From: Lytechinus pictus
Taxonomy: Eukaryota
NCBI RefSeq assembly: GCF_037042905.1
Contig: NC_087251.1
Span: forward strand, 45,882,001 to 45,946,000
Direction: 5' to 3'
DNA: 64,000 nt
In this document: piece after piece, positions 25,675 through 39,056 of the stretch
Layout of the letters: each line of letters begins with the position of its first letter
Position numbering within the stretch: position 1 is the first letter of the stretch
Notes under the pieces: model-generated
The model's database searches: none
What the model saw: only the letters and a program-made list of their open reading frames with translations
What the model was told of the DNA's origin: nothing
Translations under genes and position numbers: made by a program

Positions 25675-28600
25675 CTAGTCATCACTATCAAAGTCATCAG
25701 AATACACATCATCCTGTCCCTCACCATCACTTACTTCTGGCTTACCTTCAAATGTATTAACCTCCGAGCTCTCAAATGTGTTCGATAATTCTGGGACTAG
25801 GACGGAAACATTGGATAGAGAGCTGGAATGGTCCAAAGAGAGCCTGGGTTTTGGCTGTGGAGGCTGACTGGGGATTGTAGATTTTGCCACTGATCGCCTG
25901 GCAAGAGGGATGGGAGAGTTGGCCGACATCTGTGGTTGAGGGATGCTCAGAACACTGGGAGGATACTTGGAACTTGTGCTGCTACTGCTTGACTTGGAAG
26001 GCGGGTTCGCAACATCTGCTGGATTCGCTACCTTGGACGGCTGACTAGTCACGGCTCCAGGACTTCTGACCGAAGGTACAGATTCTGCTGTCTTGTAACT
26101 GCCGCTGTCGGAATCTGTTTCTGGATAGTCCTGTTGGACATTGGATGTCTCTGAAGCAATGGAAGATTGGATGTTGGCTAGCTCCTGTTCTCCTGTTGAT
26201 ACATACCTGTAAGAATCTTCAAAGTCATCAGAGTAAGGTTGAATAGGTGTCACAGGTTCCAGTGGCCTTTCATCTTCCTGTGGACCTTCTGGAAACCCAG
26301 GCACAGACAGGTGCTTTGGACCTTCCTCTTGACTCTCATCTTCAGATGTATTCTCCTCCTCCTCCTCATCATCATTCTGTACTAAAGCAGTTGGCAAGTG
26401 AACACTGATGCTACGTGCACTTTTTTCACTATCACTGGCATCTGCAACAAAAGTCAATTGGCACATTAAACATAACATCTAGGGGGTGATGCAAGAAATT
26501 TTTTGCAATCAATTGCAAAGTTTCTGTTGCAATTTTACAATTGATTGATCACTTTGAACTATAGCAAATCATATTACACTCCTTGTTTCATGGAGCAGAT
26601 TAGCAATCAATCGCAAATTTGCAATTGATTGCACGGCATATGCTTGATTTCGGGAACAAAAATAGACTTGCAATTGATCGCAAGTTTCTTGCAACGCCCT
26701 ATTATTATGAGTGGTACTGGCTGTAATTGTAAATGTACCGTAATCACTTTATATAAATAATACTTTCAATATGCGTTAATATGATTGACTTAATTAACTA
26801 AAGGTTTCAAACATTCATGAGCAAGCCAGATTTAAATTTCATCAGCTTTCATTTCTGCCAAAATGTCAAATATGAACATGCCAAACAAAAATGAATTAAT
26901 AGATTCATACTTTTTAGGCCTATAAGGAAATATTGAGCATTACTTGGTTTTATTTTCATTTAGTAAAATGAGTCAGACCTTTCAATATATGAATGTACAT
27001 GTACAAAGACATGATTTACCAATACAGACATTATGCATTTATTTCCCAATATTCTGTACAGTTTCATTTTTCATACACGGGCATACATGTACCATAATAT
27101 GAGAAGTGCCTTAAGTATGCAGTCCCCCCCCAAAAAAAAAAAAGAAAACCAAACAAAACAAAACAAAATATGCAATATTGGTATGCTGGAGATCCAAATA
27201 CTTTAGCATTTTACCTTTTTCAGCAGCACTGTTTGCAGCATCTCTGCTATTAAGTGGTTGATCCATATCATCATCATCAACAATGTCGGATGTAGGAATC
27301 TTGAAAGTTTCTGTTTAAAAGTAATATAAAGGCAAAACGTTTTTGTTTGAAAATAATTTTACTAAAAAATAAAGGCAAGGAAAAAAAAATCGCATGTTTT
27401 AGATCATCACTATAGCTGATCAATATGAATGAAAATTTCTCTGAATCAGAAACAAATTGACACAGTGGATAGCAATGCAACAAATACTCAACAGATAACT
27501 TGCCCAAGTCAAGTATACAGTTTTGGATCACAGAGATCGGTTCAACTTTGATAGAAGAGGTATGTACCTAGAATATATTTCTATACATAAAAAAATTGCT
27601 TTTGACTTAGGTGAATATATTTGACTTTTGGAAGGTCAACTAAACTTATGCACATTTATGTAGGTATTTAAATAATCAAGATAAAACTTTATCATGTTTT
27701 GCATAATTTCTACCCCCAAAAAAATCGCTTTCTATTTGGGTGAATATATTTGACATATGGAAGGTCGACTTATGCAGGTTTATGTAGGTATCTTAATAGT
27801 AAAAAACTTTATCGTACCCATTCCCCTCATGAAGATGGTATTGCTATCTTCATTGTCTGACTGGCCCTGTTCACAATGCTTGGCAATCTCTGTAGAAATA
27901 TTAGCATCCGGTGAAGGTAACACATCCTCTGATGGATGAGGAGCTGATGGCCTCCGCTTGCTCTCCTTGTGCATCCGAGCAGCAGCCTGCATTTGAAATT
28001 CAATTTCTGCAATTCTCTCCTCTTCTTCCAACTGCCTGAAGGCTTCTGGATTGTGTTTCTGGATGCGGAGCTTTTGGGAGTTGGTCATTTTGAATTTCAG
28101 CTTGTTTCCTTTACGATGCTTGCCATATCGAGGCTGTTGTCTCAAAAAACTCTTTGAAGCTGGTACTCCTTCTGGAGGCTTGGCACACTCTCTATGTTTA
28201 TGACGGTAATTTTTCTGGGCAGCAGGAGTAACTTTTGGCTCATCTTCAGTAACATGAAATTCGCTTTGCCTTCCACTAGTTCTCTGATCTACAGGATGTT
28301 TAGAAGAACTTTTCTGAGATTCAAGATCTTCTTTGACAAACATTGGTTTGGAGTCTTTGGACTTATCAGTTCCACTTCTGTTCAAAATACTCAATTCCCT
28401 TAGAAGGGCCTGAAGAATGGGGAGTTTTTGAAGATCCTCCATTCTATCAGATATGTCCTTTCCTTTAATTTCACTTTCGGGTCTCCTGGGTTCTTTCACA
28501 CTTTGAGGTTTGAAATGCAAGCTCGGGTCAACATCCATAGGATCCTCAACAGACTTCTTTTTCCTTCTGTTTCTCAAGATCTTTCGGACATTTGGTGAAG

Positions 28601-29795
28601 AGTTATACTCCGGAGGATGTATCACATACTGAACTTCAAGTTCTTTTCTATTGTCCAAATCAGATGAGAATGCAGAAGAACTCTCTTGGGTGGGTGCATT
28701 TCTCCTGTTCCCAAGAGGACTGGGGAAACTCTGGTGCTTAAAGTTTTGTTGTGGTACCCTTTGTCGTCTGCCATCAGTTGCTTTGAATTCGACATCATTT
28801 TCTAAATTGTATATTAGAGGTGGAGGGATGTGTATATTGGTGATACACAGGCCATTATTTCCAAATGCAGGAATAGTGTTTCCTCCATCTTCTCTTGGGA
28901 TGTAATCTGCAGGCAGTCTGGAAGATGTCAATGTTTTTTTCTTGATCTTTATAGAAGCTGTCTTGTCTTCACTGGTCCTTTCATCAGCACCTTCTGTGGT
29001 CTGACATGCCAAGTCCACTCTGACAGCTCCAAGGATGCCTTCATTCTTCTGATGATCACAATGCTCACATGATGTAGGTCTACTTGATGGAACATACACA
29101 GGGGTTGAACCTTGCAGTTGAGGTCTTTCTTGCTGCTCAGCTGATGTCTTTGGAACAGAAGTTGCATCTTTGTGATCTTTGGTCAAATTGGCTTCCTTAT
29201 TCTTCACCAGAGATGCATCTGCAATGTGAGGAATGAGATTTCCACCAAGGCTGAGGAGACGAATCCCTAAAGATATCCACCCAATCTCAGTTCCCATGAG
29301 ATTAACGATCGGAAATTTCCCTTGTATGCCATGAACAGAGGGTACAGAGACTCCAAATTCCGAAACATCTTTTTTAATTCTATGCACGACTTCTTTCAAT
29401 GATACGTTGCAATGGGCAACCAATTTAGGGGTGGTATTCCAAACATCAACAATCATTATGTAGAGAGGTGTGTTGTGAAGATGAGAAACTAGCGAGTTCA
29501 ATCTGTACTTGTACAGAGAAGACTTGCCCTTCTTGAATTCGTGGTTACCATGTCGATTTTTAAGTTCGTCAAGTTGAGGTGGAACATTTTCTTCATACTC
29601 CCATAAAGTCTGTACAGCACTCTTTAGTAGTTTCGCTTCTGTCTCGTCCAACTGTTCAACCATTATTGACGGGAAATCCAAAAGTCGAAAAGCGACAGCG
29701 GGCATGCGACAAATTACAGTTCGTGGGTCTATTCGCAAAGAGTTGACCGCCAACTCAAGAGAAAACAGCGTTTCGCTGACATTATTGTCATCCAT
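25675..29795 (-). CDS. MAP10: Microtubule-associated protein 10 (KIAA1383 homolog), 3 coding exons, 946 aa
   Basis: Exons 29795-27818, 27310-27215, 26441-25675; both introns phase 1, GT-AG; total 2841 nt. The N-terminus SETLFSLELAV...PAVAFRLLDFP...KGKSSLY...TPLY matches the MAP10 N-terminal domain as I remember it (human SERLFSLELLV...PAVAFRLLDFP). The C-terminal part is low-complexity S/P/D-rich. An acceptor at 29811-29812 implies an upstream 5' UTR exon. Confidence 0.88.
26482..26700. mobile_element. MITE in MAP10 intron 2
   Basis: GGGGTGATGCAAGAAA ... TTTCTTGCAACGCCC with internal GCAAT/CAATTG repeats. Confidence 0.6.
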
Positions 29796-30174
29796 TGTAA
29801 GTTATCCTTTCTGCAAATGCAAATTGATCCTGAAGCAGCATATCAAAATGTTTGGAGAGATATATTATAAGGAAAGTGACAATCAAACTGACACTCAAAC
29901 CCAAGCAAGTCCATGACAAGTTCAACGGCGCACCTCAACCCCCCAGAAAAGACAGCATCAATTTTTTTTTCAAAATTAGAATTTATGTCAGACTTTTCGT
30001 TTAAGAGATAATTTGATAAAGTATCGACCGATATCACTTTATACTGTATTGACAAAAATACGTCATAGTCTTACATTTTGAATATTTTGAAGGAATTCAC
30101 GTTGTTATAAATACGTAAGATTATTTAACAAAATATAATTATGCTATTATAATATAGATCTTCTTCAACCATAC

Positions 30175-30399
30175 ATCTGGAAGCTAGGCTATCAATAACA
30201 ACGCATTTCAGGAGCTTAGGCCACCAACGGGGTGCCTTCGTGCGATCGCCCGGCTCCTCTGGCGTGGTGCTAGGCCACCGTTCGCTGCCGCGCCGCTGAG
30301 CTGCTTAGTAGTAGCTACGGCTCCAACAAAAGTTCCTGTTTTGTGCGCTGGTTTTATCCCTCAATTCCTCCTGGACCGTGGTGCTAGATTGGGTTTGGT
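30175..30399. promoter_or_regulatory. Putative bidirectional promoter / 5' UTR region shared by MAP10 and NTPCR
   Basis: Locally GC- and CpG-rich patch (about 30215-30380) between divergent ATGs at 29795 (-) and 30400 (+). Candidate minus-strand 5' UTR donor GAT|GTATGG near 30174. Confidence 0.6.
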
Positions 30400-33300
30400 A
30401 TGGCAAAGAACAATCCGAGGAGGATCAAGCACATTTTCTTGACTGGTCCTCCAGGTAAAGAAAGAAAAGTTACTTTGATAGTTTGAAATATTTATATATG
30501 GTCGTGGAGTTCAACTTCAAGATCAAGACAGTTGCAGTCCAACAACATACCTAGGGATACCTAGGGAAGTTTCTGAATGTAGGCAAGTTATGCCTCTGTA
30601 TTCAGTTCTAGGTTTTTCCTCCTCAAGATGGCTGGCTCACTTCCGGGAACAGGGCTTTCGTAGTCATATTTTATTGGCTCATTTTTCCAGCATCTATCCA
30701 GGGCAGCTTCAAAACTGTGCACACTTGGGGCAGTGACAACTTCATTATTTAGGCTATTCCATGTCTTACGTATTCTAACATAAAAAGAATTCCTATATTT
30801 CTGGGTCTTTGTCCTTGGTATGAACAATTTTTTACTGTGACCTCTGCCAGGCTCTGGTATGTTCACTATATTTTTCTTCTAAATTAAGTTTTGTACATAG
30901 ATCATAATTATTAAAGTGTTTATATGTTTCAATCATGTCACCCCTAACTCTTCGATACGCCAGAGTTGGGATTTTTAACTGTTTAAGTCGTTGTGGATAG
31001 GAAAGCTTCCTTAATTCTGGGACTAATTTTGTTGCCCTTCTTTGTACGTTCTCTAATGCATGTATATGTTTCTTCAGTACGGGGTTCCACACAGCATGGG
31101 CATACTCAACTTGTGGTCGGACAAGCGACTTATACAACAATGCAAAGTTATTTTTGTCTAGATAAACAAAAGTTCGTCTGATCAAACCCATTAGCCTGTT
31201 GGCCTTGTTTATCTTAGATTGCATGTGCTCTTCAAAGCTGAGTTTATCATCAATTACAACACCCAAGTCCCTTTCGGAGGTGACATGTTCAAGCGTATCA
31301 TTCATTAAAGTGTATGCAAAAGCTTCCTGTCGGTCCTGCGTGTTACTAATAGAGAGTACACTACATTTCTTGGGGTTGAATTTCAGCAGCCATTTTTCTG
31401 ACCAGCATTTCAGATGGTCAAGATCACTCTGGAGGGAATTGCAATCATTCTGATCTCTTATATACTTGAACAACTTGGTATCATCAGCAAAAAGATAAAC
31501 GTTACTTCCAGTAACAACATCTGGGAGATCATTAATATGTAACAAAAATAACACAGGTCCAAGGACACACTCCCTTGCGGAATTCCGCTATCTACATGTC
31601 CCCAACTTGAGAACTCGCCATTCACACACACTCTCTGTCTCCTTCCAACAAGAAATGCCTCGATCCAACTAATCACCTTTTCATTTATACCAAAACTACG
31701 GACCTTTTCAAGCAGTCGACGGTGAGGTACCTTGTCAAAGGCCTTCATAAAGTCTAAATAAATTACATCGATTGTACCCCTTTCTTCAAGAGCTTTAGAC
31801 CACTCATCAACGACATTAAGCAACTGAAGCATAGTAGAACGACCAGGCAAAAAACCATACTGCCTATCACTGAAAAATCTATTTGAATTCATATGATCAA
31901 GGATCTCATTGCGTAAAATGGATTCCAAAAGTTTACAAGCTATACATGTAAGGCTTATCGGCCTATAATTTGATGGAAGTGATCTATCACCTTTTTTAAA
32001 AACAGCACTCACATTGGCAGATTTCCAGTCACAGGGAACAACACCTTTCTGCAAAGAGGTTTGGTAAATGATACTCAAAGGTAGAGCAATTGCTGGAGCT
32101 ACTTCACGTAAAGTCCTAGGATGGAACCCATCTGGCCCTGGAGACTTGGAAACATCAAGTTTGGAAAGCAAAGAAAGGACATTATCTTCATTTACCACAA
32201 TTTCACCAAAATCTTCAACTACACTATGCTGAGCAGTGGTAGGAATATCACCAGGAGGCTCAGTGGTATAAACAGTAGAAAAATAATCAAGTAAAATGTC
32301 TGCTTTATCTCGATCTCCCTCAGCAAGTTCAGCTGTTTGTGGATTCCTAAGAGATGCCACTCCAGTTCTAATCTTTGTTTTGAAATGCGCATATTGCCAA
32401 AATCTCTTTGGATTCAATTTAACTGCCTTAGCGATATTTTTTTCATAGTTTTTCTGGAGTCGTCTAGTAGCTGTTTTGACCCTATTTCGAAGCCTGTTAT
32501 AAGTCAGACTCTGTCTGGTCAGACTCCTGTGTGGACTCTTATGGAAGATCAAGTTGAATTACCAATACCACTTACCAGTGTCTGAGATGGTTAATGGACT
32601 TCATTATCATCATCAGAAGCCTGAGACATGTGAGAAGGGGGGGGGGGCAGGGATACACGTAAAGAGGAGCTAGTTGTATCATTAATTGGTTTCAAGTTTG
32701 ATTAAAGGGGGGGGGGGTATGCACAATCACAGAAAGAAAAAATGTCAATAGATTTTCTGCATTGTTGCATATTACAGTACCGGCTCAGCACCTAGTGAGT
32801 GACTTTTCAGGACCAATTTCATTTTATGTTTGATGCTATAAAAATTGACCTATAACAGTAACACCAACACCAAAACTAAAAGGTAAAAAAAAAGTTGACT
32901 TGAAATCACCCATTATCAAACCAACCACACCCAACAAGGCTGTGTCGATCGAGCTCAGAAAGAAATTTTAGGATCATTAAAAGTTTTCAGTCATGTATTT
33001 TTTAATTCATACATTACTTATTGCGATTGCAGGAGTTGGAAAAACAACTTTGGTGAGGAAAACCTGTTCTGAGCTGATGTCAAGATCAATTCCACTTCAA
33101 GGTTTCTACACAGAGGAACTAAGAGAGAGTGGAAAGAGGACGGGCTTCGACATCATTACATTGGATGAACAAAGAGGTTCATTAGCAAAAATTGGGTAAG
33201 TATTTGAATTTGAAGAATAGAGACTACCTAATTTTTAAGGTTCAACTTTGAGTCAATCAAAGGGGCAAGGAGATGTACACGTATGTAACATGTTAAAGAA

Positions 33301-35720
33301 ATTGAGACTTAAAAAAAAAAATCTAAACTAAATTGAGGCTTGGCCTATAGTTGTTTATGTACGTTATCTTTATTATGCGTAAGTATGAATATTTTGATAT
33401 ATCTTGATTTACATGATGGATACTGTATTTTCGTATTTTTTGTTGATTGAAGCAATGAATATCTAAAAAGAATTAGAAATAAATAAACATTTGAGTAAAT
33501 TGAATTAGGCCTACATATTTTTTGCAAGATCTATAATGGGAATGTGATGAAATAGTGGGAATGTGACTTCAATTTTATTATTTAAGAATTAAGTATCTTA
33601 TTTTCAAAGGACTTAATTTCATGTCAACATTTTGCAAAAAATGTACTCCTGGGACTATTTCCTTTTTCATAGGGGGGTCCATTTTTTTCTTATTTCATTG
33701 ATGGTGACTTAATCCTTTTTTAATAGATGTTCTTTGTCATTTTAGTATATGAATTTACTTTAATAGTAAGGTTATGTAAGGAATCCTCACAATTCTGCTG
33801 GATAACCTGGCTGTAATATTATTCCTTTTAATTCTTGTATCTATCCACCCATACACACACCCAACATCCCCCCCCCCAAAAAAAAAAAAACCTCATCTTG
33901 TTTCTAATCATATCTTCTGAAAAAGTTAACAAGCATTTTTCTTCCTCTTGTTTCCTATCCTCTCATCCAACTCAAACTGAAATTCGCATAGAGGACAGAA
34001 GGGGCCCAAGGTCGGACAGTATACAGTTAACCTCCCATCGTTTGAACGGTTAGCTTTACCTGTATTGTCTCCTCAGGTAAGAAAGTGAGATAGAACAATT
34101 AAAGGGAGGGGATAACTACATTGAATATAATTTTAAAAGGAGTTGTGAGGTTTGAATCTACCAATTATGATTTCTTGTAAGGTATGTTCATTTTGAACAT
34201 TAAATCTCTGTGAAATATGTTATTTCAAATTCATCATCATTGTATTTGTATTTATTTATTTATTATTAGTATATAATAAATATTATTATCATTATTATTA
34301 GGTGGTTATTTGGCGATGGAATAACTTTACTTATGTCTATGTGAAAAGAAGAATGATACCATGATGAAAATTCAGATTTGCTGCAATAGCTCCTGTGTTG
34401 AGAAGCCAGGAAACATACATTATTCAAGGAGGGGTTTTGTAATCCCTGTGACTATCAACTTAATTAAAGCAAATTCAACTTTTGTATAAGTTATTGCGAG
34501 ATGCTTTATTGAAAAAAGGGAAAGGCATGAGTTTATGGAAATGGGCAAATTTAAAGCCGCACCTATGTTTATGTGTGTTGATGTAATAAGCAGTCCCAAA
34601 GTGATGGCTCTAGTCACGATAGAGACTAATGAACTTAGCAATGAAGGTCAATCAAGTCATCTGTGTAATTTCATGTCACTTTTGCTGTCACACCAGAGAG
34701 AATCCTCACCAGTCTATGTAATTGACGAGATTGGTAAGATGGAACTCTTTAGCCAAGGGTTCATCCAAGCAGTCCGGAGGCTTCTTGATCAGTCTGACAC
34801 AACCATCTTTGGAACCATCCCAGTGCCTAAAGGACGCCCTCTTGGTCTGGTGGAGGAAGTCCGCGGCAGAGCTGATGTACAAGTCTTCACAGTATGTCTT
34901 TCATTTTCTACCCTGGGTGATGGATAACAGCTGTTACCGGGTTAACATACAGATGGTTTCAAATTTCAGATGAAAGATGATGTGTAGGGTAATCCAGTCT
35001 TGGTTGAAATATTTTATGTGTAACGGAGGAGAAAAATAAGACAGAAGAGTTGAAAGTCTTAAAGATGAATAAGAAAGATTGGCCGTTTTAAAAGGAGATC
35101 AGTAATGAATTTCAAATTGGCAATTCAGTAAATGAATTGTTACAAAGTGTCAGTGAGTTTAGAGATGACTTTCCCACTTGTTAATACTCGGGGATTTGTG
35201 GGTTTTCTCATATGTACATATTCACCAGGGTCATTAATCAAAATATAACATATAACATATTATTCTATGTCTTCACAAAGAATACAAATAGGGAAATGTA
35301 ATTTGAAGTAAAACTTTTGAAGACTAATTTCATTTTAGCCAGTTTGTGTATTCAAGCAAATTGGAGAGTAGTTCCTACCTTACAGAAGAATGACATCGCC
35401 AATGTGGCAAATTTGAAGTATCCATGTGTTAAGTAATTTCAACTATTTACCACTTGTAAAAATTCATAACTTATTCTCATATTTTTCACATTTTCACTTG
35501 TCTGCTTGTTTTTCCCCCTCTCAAAACAACCTTACTTTTGGGTTGGATTCCCATTCAAACTATTTAGACAGGGAGCTTAATTCAGATCAATATGTTTCCA
35601 TGTAGTGCAAATTTCTTAACATTTTTTTTCCTCCTACAGATTTCCAAGGAAAATCGTGATGGAATCATGGATGACATCCTAAGAGCTGTCACTCAGTCAA
35701 GGTCTCAGAAAGGAACTTGA
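30400..35720 (+). CDS. NTPCR: Cancer-related nucleoside-triphosphatase (THEP1-family P-loop NTPase), 5 exons, 192 aa
   Basis: Exons 30400-30454, 33033-33195, 33992-34076, 34697-34891, 35640-35720; total 579 nt; GT-AG. Motifs: HIFLTGPPG|VGKTTL (Walker A), GFYTEELR, GFDIITL, VGQYTVNLPSFERLALPVL, VIDEIGKMELFSQ (Walker B), GTIPVPKGRPL, ISKENRD. Confidence 0.95.
30547..32505 (-). mobile_element. 5'-truncated non-LTR retrotransposon (CR1/L2 clade) with reverse-transcriptase domain, in NTPCR intron 1
   Basis: RT motifs KSPGPDG, NYRPISLT, QYGFLPGRST, YLDFMKAFDKVPH, SGIPQGSV, LFADDTKL, RDLGV, LENVQRRATK, RGHSKKL across three overlapping ORFs (two frameshifts). The 3' end has a (CCCTAGGTAT)2 tail at 30547-30566. 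The 5' boundary is approximate. Confidence 0.93.
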
Positions 35721-36639
35721 TGATTACATGTCTATGCTAATAGAACTGTGGAAAGAAGACAATCTGATCCTCACAATAGGGACACTGAAAGGTTCAAACA
35801 AGGCTGCAAATGCATATTGGAAAAAGAGGTGCTCATCGAGTTTGTCAAGCAAAAGGAAAGGGATGAACACATTCTTCTTAATGTGGAATGGCACAGTTAA
35901 TCCATCTGAGCATGGTTATTGATTAAGGTCATCAATGTCAAAATCTTGATGATTTATCTTCCAGATCTGTGAAGGACATCTCATATTTTCATGGATAATT
36001 TCCCATGGGACATGGCATGTATGCTCAGTCCTCATATAGTAATTCTCAAATTATATATTTTGTATATTTATGAATATTTATTGATCTTTTCTTTTTCTCT
36101 TTCTTTCTCTTTCTTTTTCTTTCTTTTTTAACACTCTTTCTCCACTCGTCTTTCCCTCTTCTTTCACCTTTGCGCTTATCTTCTTTTTCTTTGTTTCATA
36201 ATGATCGCCCCTCTGTCTGGTGTGCTAACACCAACAGCGTTAGCAGAGAGAGTACGCAGTTTACCTATCATGATCATGACATGACGCATTTTCAAATTTA
36301 ATTTAAATTAAACACTTGATAAAGCCATATATGGGCAAAAGTTCATGAATTTCTTTGTGTAAAGACCAGATGTTTTGATTTGATTTTCAGTATTTTTATT
36401 TCACTGACTCTCAGAACATCCACATACACACACACATATATAATGAAGATATACATGTTTTGGCTCTTTTTGCTTGATACAAGACTTGAAATAATAATAA
36501 TAATTTCATCATAGCTAATGAAGGCCTATGGCCAAAAATTCATATTTCATTTTCATTTAATGAAGCTTTATTTGCTGCCTTTGTTTCTATATTCTACATT
36601 CCAAAACAGAACTTTCATTATATGCGTATGTATGCTAGG

Positions 36640-37015
36640 TTTCCAATTTGTCTTCTGCAAATTTGTCCAATCGCCAACTCGTCTACTATCATTTGGTCTA
36701 CCATCAGTTCGTCCCACTATCCACATGGTCTAATTGCCTATTTGTCCACTCACCATTTCGTCTAATAACCAGTTGGCCCAATAGCCATTTAGTCCATATT
36801 AAGTGTTAATTGTGCAAAATGAATGAAAATGAAATGGATATTAGACCAACTGGTTATGAGACGAAATGGTGATTATACGAAGTGATGATTGGACCAAATG
36901 GTTATTTGACCAAACGGTTTTTAGACGAAATGTTGATGGACAGAATGGCATTAGACTAAATGAAAGTAGACCATGTGGTGAGTGGATGAATTGGCCGTAG
37001 ACGAATTGGCATTGT
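36640..37015. repeat. Foldback element built from ~15-bp subrepeats
   Basis: The left arm has repeated CCA(A/T)(C/T)TCGTCTA/TTGGTCTA units; the right arm has the complementary TAGACCAA/TAGACGAA units. Confidence 0.7.
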
Positions 37016-37634
37016 AAGGGCTGCTGAAACCTAGTATATCAAATTGTAAAAAAAATTGAGGGCAGCTTAGTAGAAGCATGATTTGATAGTTATGACATAA
37101 ATAGCAAACTTCTCTTGCCGAGAAAGTACTCTCTACAGGAATTAGGAGACTGTTGTCAAACAATATGAGATAATTTTGAGATTGCCGCCATGGTCATGCT
37201 TCTAAAATACAGCATTCTATAACTGCACAGCTACCCTCACAAGTTTTAAATATTGAGAGTATGAGGTTTTAACAGCCCAGTGACAATAACATAAATACGT
37301 ATATCAGAATGAAAGTAATATCTGATTTGTTACAATTGTGTTATGCTTTACCATTTGATTTTTTTTTTTGGGGGGGGGGGGTGGGGGGGGGGGGAGTAGG
37401 AACACTGAAATGTCCAACTTGATTGATGTCAGCATTTTTGGTAGGACAATTATCTGATAAGTGATTGGATTTTAAAGTAAAATAGGGTCCTGATGATGTC
37501 ATAGGGGTCATTATTATACCTGAAAGTATCTTGTTCTTGTGAAAACTGAAGAATCGTTTGAAGACAATGCATTCAAACAGCTTTGATTTGACCACAGACA
37601 TTGCTCATTCAATGCATATTTGAGTGACGACGAT

Positions 37635-37786
37635 CTGGGGCCTGTTTCATAAAACTTGTTATAATAACAAATTTGCATGAACTGTTAAAAGCTACTGAAA
37701 TTATTAAATTTGGTTGGTTAAGAGTAAACTTGTTTTAGAAATTGTGCATCGGATATTATAACAAGTCTTCATGAAACAGGACCCTG
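37635..37786. mobile_element. CTG-flanked MITE
   Basis: CTG-GGGCCTGTTTCATAAAACTTGTTATAATA ... TATTATAACAAGTCTTCATGAAACAGGACC-CTG. Confidence 0.75.
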
Positions 37787-39056
37787 ATAAGATTTTGGGT
37801 TCAATGTCACATGGTGAGTAATAACGATCTGTAATAGTGGAGTCTTATAAGGCTAGAAAACCTCTCTGGGAGGGGCAATCATTTCTCACTAGCAAAAAAA
37901 AAAGAAAAAAAGAGGTCATTTCTGGAATCACTGTCCAGTCGAAATTAATCTCACAACTAAAAAAAAAAGGGTTAAAGGTCACTACCATTAAGCATAAGAA
38001 AAAGATTATGAGGAGGGGGGGGGGTAGTCTGTCCCCATTTCCCCCTTCGGGTAATCTAGTGATTTGGAATTAGCCCATTTACCATTTGCGAGGTTTTCAG
38101 TTAGGCTATACCTATTGGGGTTGCAATCGGATTTCTTAGATGGACAATTAAAAGGAAATGAATAAAGAATTTTTACAAAAATGTATATACAGGTAGTTTT
38201 TTAGTGAAATTATGAAGCAGACTATCCATTTTTAAAAGTGATAATTCTGGTATTATCTGCCCCAAATCCCCTCCAAACTGTAAATCTGGTTTGTAATTAA
38301 TAAAGAAGTTAAATGAATAATGAAGTAAAACAAAAATCATGGTTTTTATGAGAACCATATGTAATAACTCCCTTGACATTTTCTTAAAAGAGTAAATGAT
38401 GCTGATGATCTTAAGATGACGAGACATTCTCTTCTCCTTCTTCTTCTTTTCCTTCTCTTCCTTCTTCGATCTTCTTCCGTTATCAGAGAGTCGCTTTCCA
38501 TCATTAGAGAGTCACTTAATAGGGGTACTATAACAACGATCTTTTTTTCAGCTTTCTTTTACTTTTTTCTTTCTTTTTATTTTCTCTTGTTTATTATTTT
38601 TTTTCAGGGTATCAAAAACATTGATTTTGAAAGATTGGCAATGGTCAATTGCAGGGCCAAACGTATTTAGGGTATTTTTTTTTTAAAGACTAGCCAAACG
38701 TGTTTAGGATATGTTTCCCCCCAAGCTTTTTCCCCTAGCTGCATGGGTCATATTCTGGCGACAACTTGTTTAGGGGCCAAAATGTGCAAGTAAAGCCCGC
38801 GAAAGAACGTGTTTAGGGGGTTATTTTGCACACAGAGACAAACGCGTTTAAGGGGTGTTCGGAAAAAATTTGGCCACGCATGTGTACAGCAATACATTTA
38901 ATTCCCCCCCCCCCCAATATAGGGATATTGATATCTCGAGATATTGTGTGCATTGTAATTTTTTCCCTTTTGTTTTGAAACTTAGGAGCTATCGTAGTTC
39001 TCTTAAAAACGTGTGTGTTGAAGGTGTTGAAGAAAAAGCAAAAAATATATCGAAGC

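Noticed and set aside
27780..27817. MAP10 ending at the ORF-track stop (671 aa single exon)
   Set aside because: A phase-1 donor at 27817 joins two further in-frame exons, giving 946 aa, closer to the expected MAP10 length.
30185..30202. RFX X-box upstream of MAP10
   Set aside because: Only a weak half-site match (AATAACAAC).
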